The translations under genes and the position numbers were made by a program. This document shows, piece after piece, positions 58,321 through 64,000 of a DNA stretch of 64,000 nt. The notes under the pieces are model-generated. The model searched no databases. It was not told the DNA's origin and saw nothing but the letters and a program-made list of their open reading frames with translations. Source of the stretch: Shigella phage ESh31; sequence record ON528741. One strand, written 5' to 3'. Within the stretch, counting starts at the first letter, position 1; each line of letters opens with the position of its first letter.

Positions 58321-59649
58321 ATGCAACTGAATAATCGCGATTTAAAAAGTATCATTGATAATGAAGCATTGGCTTATGCTATGTACACGGTTGAAAATCG
58401 TGCTATCCCAAATATGATTGATGGATTTAAGCCAGTTCAACGATTTGTTATCGCTCGAGCTCTTGATTTGGCACGAGGAAATAAAGATAAGTTTCACAAA
58501 CTCGCTTCTATTGCAGGCGGTGTAGCGGACCTTGGATATCATCATGGCGAAAACTCTGCACAAGATGCAGGTGCTTTGATGGCTAATACTTGGAATAATA
58601 ACTTTCCTCTGTTAGATGGTCAAGGAAACTTTGGTTCTCGTACTGTCCAAAAGGCAGCGGCAAGTCGTTATATTTTTGCTCGTGTAAGTAAAAATTTCTA
58701 TAACGTATATAAAGATACTGAATATGCTCCGGTACATCAAGATAAAGAACACATTCCGCCTGCTTTCTATTTGCCTATTATTCCTACTGTTCTTCTTAAT
58801 GGTGTTTCCGGTATTGCAACTGGTTATGCAACTTACATTCTTCCTCATAGTGTTTCTTCTGTCAAGAAAGCTGTACTACAAGCTCTTCAAGGAAAGAAAG
58901 TAACTAAACCGAAGGTAGAATTCCCAGAATTTCGTGGTGAAGTCGTTGAAATTGATGGGCAATATGAAATTCGTGGAACATATAAGTTTACTTCACGAAC
59001 TCAAATGCATATCACTGAGATTCCGTATAAGTATGATCGTGAAACTTATGTGAGTAAAATCTTAGACCCACTTGAAGATAAAGGCTTCATTACATGGGAT
59101 GATGCTTGTGGCGAGCATGGTTTTGGATTCAAAGTTAAATTCCGCAAAGAATATTCTTTGAGCGATAATGAAGAAGAACGTCATGCAAAAATTATGAAAG
59201 ACTTCGGGTTGATTGAGCGTCGTTCTCAGAATATTACGGTTATTAATGAGAAAGGAAAACTACAAGTTTACGATAACGTAGTCGATTTAATTAAAGACTT
59301 TGTTGAAGTTCGTAAAACTTATGTCCAAAAACGAATTGATAACAAAATCAAAGAAACTGAGTCAGCATTTCGTTTAGCCTTTGCCAAGGCGCATTTCATT
59401 AAGAAAGTAATTTCAGGTGAAATTGTTGTACAGGGTAAAACTCGCAAAGAACTGACCGAAGAACTTTCTAAAATTGAGATGTATTCTTCTTATGTTGATA
59501 AACTAGTCGGAATGAATATTTTTCATATGACTTCCGATGAAGCGAAGAAACTTGCTGAAGAAGCTAAAGCCAAAAAAGAAGAAAACGAATATTGGAAAAC
59601 TACTGATGTAGTTACAGAATACACCAAAGATTTAGAGGAAATCAAATGA
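58321..59649 (+). CDS. 52: DNA topoisomerase II medium subunit gp52
   Basis: 442 aa; GyrA-like breakage-reunion domain; matches T4 gp52. Confidence 0.9.
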   Translation: MQLNNRDLKSIIDNEALAYAMYTVENRAIPNMIDGFKPVQRFVIARALDLARGNKDKFHKLASIAGGVADLGYHHGENSAQDAGALMANTWNNNFPLLDGQGNFGSRTVQKAAASRYIFARVSKNFYNVYKDTEYAPVHQDKEHIPPAFYLPIIPTVLLNGVSGIATGYATYILPHSVSSVKKAVLQALQGKKVTKPKVEFPEFRGEVVEIDGQYEIRGTYKFTSRTQMHITEIPYKYDRETYVSKILDPLEDKGFITWDDACGEHGFGFKVKFRKEYSLSDNEEERHAKIMKDFGLIERRSQNITVINEKGKLQVYDNVVDLIKDFVEVRKTYVQKRIDNKIKETESAFRLAFAKAHFIKKVISGEIVVQGKTRKELTEELSKIEMYSSYVDKLVGMNIFHMTSDEAKKLAEEAKAKKEENEYWKTTDVVTEYTKDLEEIK

Positions 59650-59795
59650 GTCCATTCATAGGTATTACAAGCGCAGCGCTAGTATCCGGTAGCATTTTAC
59701 TGGCGGGTTTAGGTGTTGTTCCAGCCGTAGCAGGAGGTCTTCTTGCGTTCGGAATTCAACGTGTTATCATGATAGTAATCGCGTTTGAACAGTAA
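59646..59795 (+). CDS. hypothetical small membrane protein (49 aa)
   Basis: ATGA overlap with gene 52; Gly/Ala-rich hydrophobic helix. Confidence 0.35.
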   Translation: MSPFIGITSAALVSGSILLAGLGVVPAVAGGLLAFGIQRVIMIVIAFEQ

Positions 59796-59800
59796 TTTTA

Positions 59801-59828
59801 GGGAGAGCCGAGGCTCTCCCTTTTTTAT
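59801..59828 (+). terminator. rho-independent terminator
   Basis: GGGAGAGCC-GAG-GCTCTCCC followed by TTTTTTATTTT. Confidence 0.6.
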
Positions 59829-59851
59829 TTTAAAATTTTTTTCACAAAACG

Positions 59852-59922
59852 GTTTACAACCAAAGCATACTGTGGTACTATACAACTATCAACTACTGAT
59901 ACAGAATTACGGAGATTAGAAA
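59852..59922 (+). promoter_or_regulatory. early promoter/leader cassette (PeSL-like) driving motA
   Basis: GTTTACAACCAAAGCATACTGTGGTACTATACAACTATCAACTACTGATACAGAATTACGGAGATTAGAAAATG. Confidence 0.5.
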
Positions 59923-60558
59923 ATGTCTAAAGTAACTTACATCATCAAAGCTTCTAACGATGTTCTGAATGAAAAAACTGCTGCGATTTTAATTACCATT
60001 GCTAAGAAAGATTTCATTACAGCTGCAGAAGTTCGTGAGGTGCATCCAGATTTAGGTAACGCAGTAGTTAATAGTAATATTGGGGTATTGATTAAAAAAG
60101 GCCTGGTGGAGAAATCTGGTGATGGATTAATCATTACTGGTGAAGCTCAGGATATTATTTCAAATGCAGCAACTTTATATGCACAGGAAAATGCTCCGGA
60201 ACTGCTGAAAAAACGAGCAACTCGTAAAGCTCGTGAGATTACTTCTGATATGGAAGAAGATAAAGACCTCATGTTAAAACTTTTAGATGAAAATGGATTT
60301 GTTCTTAAAAAGGTTGAAACTTATCGTAGTAATTATCTTGCCATTTTAGAAAAACGCACTCACGGAATTCGTAATTTTGAAATTAACAATAATGGAAATA
60401 TGCGAATTTTTGGATACAAAATGATGGAACATCATATTCAGAAATTTACTGATATCGGAATGTCATGTAAAATCGCTAAAAACGGTAATGTGTATCTTGA
60501 CATTAAACGCTCGGCAGAAAACATTGAAGCAGTAATCACTGTAGCATCTGAACTGTGA
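59923..60558 (+). CDS. motA: middle-transcription activator MotA
   Basis: 211 aa; near-identical to T4 MotA as I recall it. Confidence 0.9.
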   Translation: MSKVTYIIKASNDVLNEKTAAILITIAKKDFITAAEVREVHPDLGNAVVNSNIGVLIKKGLVEKSGDGLIITGEAQDIISNAATLYAQENAPELLKKRATRKAREITSDMEEDKDLMLKLLDENGFVLKKVETYRSNYLAILEKRTHGIRNFEINNNGNMRIFGYKMMEHHIQKFTDIGMSCKIAKNGNVYLDIKRSAENIEAVITVASEL

Positions 60559-60568
60559 GGAATAAATA

Positions 60569-60898
60569 ATGAACAAGTTAGAAATTGTTAATGAACTTCG
60601 TCGTTGTGCAGAACCCACTCAAGAGGGATGGGACATCTGGTACCATGGGGCTTATCTTGGAACTATTGTAAAGATTAAGACTGGTAAATACATGATTATT
60701 CGTGAAAGTAAAGATGCTCCAGTAGGTATTCGCAATAATTTCATGGCAGCTATAAGTTCCTTTATGGATTCAGCTTACGAAATTTACCTTGCTGATTATA
60801 AAGAATTCCATGAATCTCAACCAGTTATTCGCTCAATTGGTGTTAACAAAGCTCAACAGAAAACTTTATGGCAACGTATTAAAGGATGGTTTAAATGA
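60569..60898 (+). CDS. hypothetical protein (109 aa)
   Basis: GAGGAATAA RBS. Confidence 0.4.
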   Translation: MNKLEIVNELRRCAEPTQEGWDIWYHGAYLGTIVKIKTGKYMIIRESKDAPVGIRNNFMAAISSFMDSAYEIYLADYKEFHESQPVIRSIGVNKAQQKTLWQRIKGWFK

Positions 60899-61050
60899 AA
60901 ACATTTAAAATTGTCGTAGAATTTTATAACGGCGAAGGTGTAGTCCATCTTAAAGCGGCCAACCAGTTTGATGCGGTAAGAGTATATTGTCAATGCTTTG
61001 AAAGTTCTAAACAAGCTATAAAAATTAAAAGTGTTGAGGAAACCAAATGA
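60895..61050 (+). CDS. hypothetical small protein (51 aa)
   Basis: ATGA-overlapped ORF below the track cutoff. Confidence 0.3.
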   Translation: MKTFKIVVEFYNGEGVVHLKAANQFDAVRVYCQCFESSKQAIKIKSVEETK

Positions 61051-61514
61051 AAACCTTCAAAGAGCGTCTTGAATTATTAGACCTGGCTTTATTACGTGAA
61101 ACTCCAGAAAGTCTAGCAGCTAAATTACAGGCCTATGGCGACTACACCGAATATACGGAAGAGGATGTTTTAGAAGAGGTTCCTGAAATCTGTTGGCAAG
61201 TAGCTCATTGGAACAATAATGAAAAATATCAACGTCGAATTGTGTGTGCAGCCAACCGCTTTAAGTTAAAAGATGGTGGGACTCTGGTTATTCCTGGTGC
61301 TCGTCATTATTCTAAAGATATGGCTGAAGTTCTTGACCAGGTAAGTGATAAACTTGTATCAGACCATGTTTGTGGTGAAGACCAAGGATTTATTGACCAG
61401 TATAGCAATTACTGGACACGTGAAGAAGCAATGATTATTGCAACTTACGCTGGACAAGTGCGTATTGAACGTGGTGGTAGTGAAAAAGAACTTTACTCCG
61501 AGGACCTTTACTAA
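61047..61514 (+). CDS. hypothetical protein (155 aa)
   Basis: GAGGAAACC RBS. Confidence 0.4.
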   Translation: MKTFKERLELLDLALLRETPESLAAKLQAYGDYTEYTEEDVLEEVPEICWQVAHWNNNEKYQRRIVCAANRFKLKDGGTLVIPGARHYSKDMAEVLDQVSDKLVSDHVCGEDQGFIDQYSNYWTREEAMIIATYAGQVRIERGGSEKELYSEDLY

Positions 61515-61810
61515 TGAATATTAAAAAGTTTCAAATTGATGGAATTACTAATCAAATCCAGGCACTAGAATATGCCAATAAAATGATGTCAACTAATTGG
61601 GGAATTTATACCAATGAGCCGGGATTTAAGTTCTGCGATATGGAATTCGCCAAAAAGCTTGTAGGAAAAGATTATGTATGTCCATTTAGTTCTCCAGTAA
61701 ATGGAATGCTAAAACCTGCTTTACGCGATCTTTATATTGCGATGAACGAAGAGATGATAAAAGAGCTAAAACGTCAACTGAAGGTGATTCAATTTGGCCA
61801 GGGAAATTAA
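61514..61810 (+). CDS. hypothetical protein (98 aa)
   Basis: ATGA overlap with the upstream ORF. Confidence 0.4.
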   Translation: MNIKKFQIDGITNQIQALEYANKMMSTNWGIYTNEPGFKFCDMEFAKKLVGKDYVCPFSSPVNGMLKPALRDLYIAMNEEMIKELKRQLKVIQFGQGN

Positions 61811-62012
61811 TTCAAAATCTGATTATTTTAATTCTCTCAATGATAAAGATAAAAATCTAATACGGCATTTTATTGTTGAGATGGGATATACCGATACAAA
61901 CGATTTAAGAGAACATATATTTGAATGTGGTGTAGCTAAAAAGTTTTCATTCACATGCAAATGTTTAAGAGAGGTAATTCAGCATTATGAACAATTTAGT
62001 CGCAAAACATAA
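61794..62012 (+). CDS. hypothetical protein; start uncertain (non-ATG in the track)
   Basis: Frame open from 61794; contains FTCKC Cys pair. Confidence 0.3.
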   Translation: MAREINSKSDYFNSLNDKDKNLIRHFIVEMGYTDTNDLREHIFECGVAKKFSFTCKCLREVIQHYEQFSRKT

Positions 62013-62095
62013 TTTTAATAAAGCTTCTGTTCATAAGGATAAGAAGAAAGCGTTTAAAGAATCTAATCGCAAACAGAAACATAAGGGGAAGGTCT

Positions 62096-62374
62096 ATGAT
62101 TATTGATTCTCAGTCCGTGGTTCAATACACAATCAAAATTGATATTCTAGAAAAGCTATATAAGTTTCTACCAAATTTATACCACTCAATTGTTAATGAA
62201 TTAGTTGAAGAACTACATCTTGAGAATAATGATTTCTTGATTGGAACTTATAAAGACCTCTCAAAAGCAGGGTATTTTTACGTAATTCCAGCTCCAGGAA
62301 AAAGTATTGATGATGTATTAAAAACTATAATGATTTATGTCCATGATTATGAAATTGAAGATTATTTCGAATGA
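62096..62374 (+). CDS. arn: anti-restriction protein Arn-like (McrBC inhibitor)
   Basis: 92 aa acidic protein; length and position next to asiA match T4 arn. Confidence 0.5.
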   Translation: MIIDSQSVVQYTIKIDILEKLYKFLPNLYHSIVNELVEELHLENNDFLIGTYKDLSKAGYFYVIPAPGKSIDDVLKTIMIYVHDYEIEDYFE

Positions 62375-62523
62375 GTCATAATCTTGAAAAGGTAATCGAG
62401 CATAATGTAGCTCAGGAACGTAAGTCGTTCAAGGAATTCGTAGAAAAAATTTTTGAAGAAAATAACACAGACCAGTTTACAAATCAAGCGTCTGATGATA
62501 CTATAATAAAGTCAACTAATTGA
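62371..62523 (+). CDS. hypothetical small protein (50 aa)
   Basis: ATGA-overlapped ORF between arn and asiA. Confidence 0.3.
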   Translation: MSHNLEKVIEHNVAQERKSFKEFVEKIFEENNTDQFTNQASDDTIIKSTN

Positions 62524-62535
62524 GTGGTATAGTTA

Positions 62536-62808
62536 ATGAATAAAAATATTGATACAGTTCGTGAAATTATTACTGTTGCGTCTATTTTGATTAAATTTTC
62601 CAGAGAAGATATTGTTGAAAATCGTGCTAATTTTATTGCATTTCTGAATGAGATTGGAGTAACGCATGAAGGTAGAAAATTAAATCAGAATTCATTCCGT
62701 AAAATTGTTTCTGAATTAACTCAAGAAGATAAGAAAACCCTCATCGACGAATTCAACGAGGGTTTTGAGGGTGTATATCGATATCTAGAGATGTATACGA
62801 ACAAATAA
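62536..62808 (+). CDS. asiA: anti-sigma70 protein AsiA
   Basis: 90 aa; matches T4 AsiA as I recall it (MNKNIDTVREIITVASILIKFSREDIVENRANFIAFLNEIG...). Confidence 0.9.
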   Translation: MNKNIDTVREIITVASILIKFSREDIVENRANFIAFLNEIGVTHEGRKLNQNSFRKIVSELTQEDKKTLIDEFNEGFEGVYRYLEMYTNK

Positions 62809-63465
62809 TTATTTAGCCCTTCCTAATATTCTGGCCGCCTGAGCACATATTGATTCAAGGCGGTCATTACTTATATGATCATTTCTATACCAGTACATGG
62901 TTATCGTTCCAGCATAGATATTATCCAAATTAAAATATGGACAACTGTACATGTAGTTTATTTCGGGAGTAGGCTTTTTAGTTGGTAAAAAAGCAAATTT
63001 TGAGTTGGAATAATAATGACGTCCATTTAAATGAACTGTATATTCATCCATAGTTTTATCAACAGGATATCCTCCAAGTGATTTTTCAGTTATTGTTGAA
63101 GGTAATCTTCCTTCATATGCTATAATATCAACAAAATAGTTTAAGTTTTTAGGGCGGAAAGAATATACCGCACTAAAGTCTGCCTCAGATGATATATGAA
63201 CTATCTGGAGTTGTTCCAGGGCGACAGATTCAAAGCGTGCATTTCTTTCCTTTTCAATAATTTCACTGTATGTTTCATACTTTGATTGCTTATAGTACTC
63301 AAAGAAACTATCTCCCCTATACCAAACAATCGCCATTATAAACAAAAGAATTACGACAGCTACCCGGGAAGCAAGAACCTTCCCGGTAGCGTTATCTTTG
63401 AACAAGCGATCTAGAACACCCAACAGAATATCAGAGGGCGAAAATGATATTCTAGGTGCTGCCAT
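62809..63465 (-). CDS. t: holin T
   Basis: 218 aa on the minus strand; near-identical to T4 holin T; AAGGAGGG RBS. Confidence 0.9.
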   Translation of the reverse strand: MAAPRISFSPSDILLGVLDRLFKDNATGKVLASRVAVVILLFIMAIVWYRGDSFFEYYKQSKYETYSEIIEKERNARFESVALEQLQIVHISSEADFSAVYSFRPKNLNYFVDIIAYEGRLPSTITEKSLGGYPVDKTMDEYTVHLNGRHYYSNSKFAFLPTKKPTPEINYMYSCPYFNLDNIYAGTITMYWYRNDHISNDRLESICAQAARILGRAK

Positions 63466-63495
63466 AGACCCTCCTTTTAAGGATATTTATTCAAA

Positions 63496-64000
<505 letters not shown>

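Noticed and set aside
1266-59828. Recurring GGGCTTCGGCCC-type hairpins as a possible CRISPR-like or REP repeat array
   Set aside because: Copies are irregularly spaced over ~58 kb, each directly follows a stop codon and most are followed by T-runs; they are intrinsic terminators or RNA-stabilising UUCG hairpins, not a repeat-spacer array.

Overview
This 64 kb window is a contiguous piece of a T4-like (T-even) myovirus genome, about 95% coding, with nearly all genes on the + strand. Identifications rest on motifs visible in the sequence plus my recollection of T4 protein sequences, lengths and gene order; nothing was database-verified. In order it carries the nrdC-region ORFs, nrdC, pin, gene 49, nrdD (no intron), nrdG, gene 55, alpha-gt, genes 47/46, rpbA, 45/44/62, regA, 43, imm, 42, a non-T4 glycosyltransferase at the beta-gt position, uvsX, 40, 41, dmd, spackle, 61, 56, soc, modB/modA, srd, dda, dexA, a contiguous gene 39, rIIA, rIIB, denB, ndd, stp, ac, 52, motA, arn, asiA, and on the - strand holin t and the 3' part of a glycine-rich gene 38 adhesin. 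The fused gene 39, absent segF and nrdD intron, and glycine-rich gp38 point to a T2/T6-type relative rather than T4 itself. Regulatory features include repeated ~70 bp early promoter/leader cassettes, UUCG-tetraloop terminators, middle and late promoter candidates, and the gene 43 operator hairpin. The most notable observations are a perfect 183 bp tandem duplication inside gene 38, an uncharacterised nucleotidyltransferase plus ATPase pair, an antisense membrane-protein gene between 61 and 56, extra envelope proteins at the imm locus, and two adjacent ORFs sharing an identical C-terminal tail. No single clearly novel multi-gene system stands out; the candidates are listed as findings.
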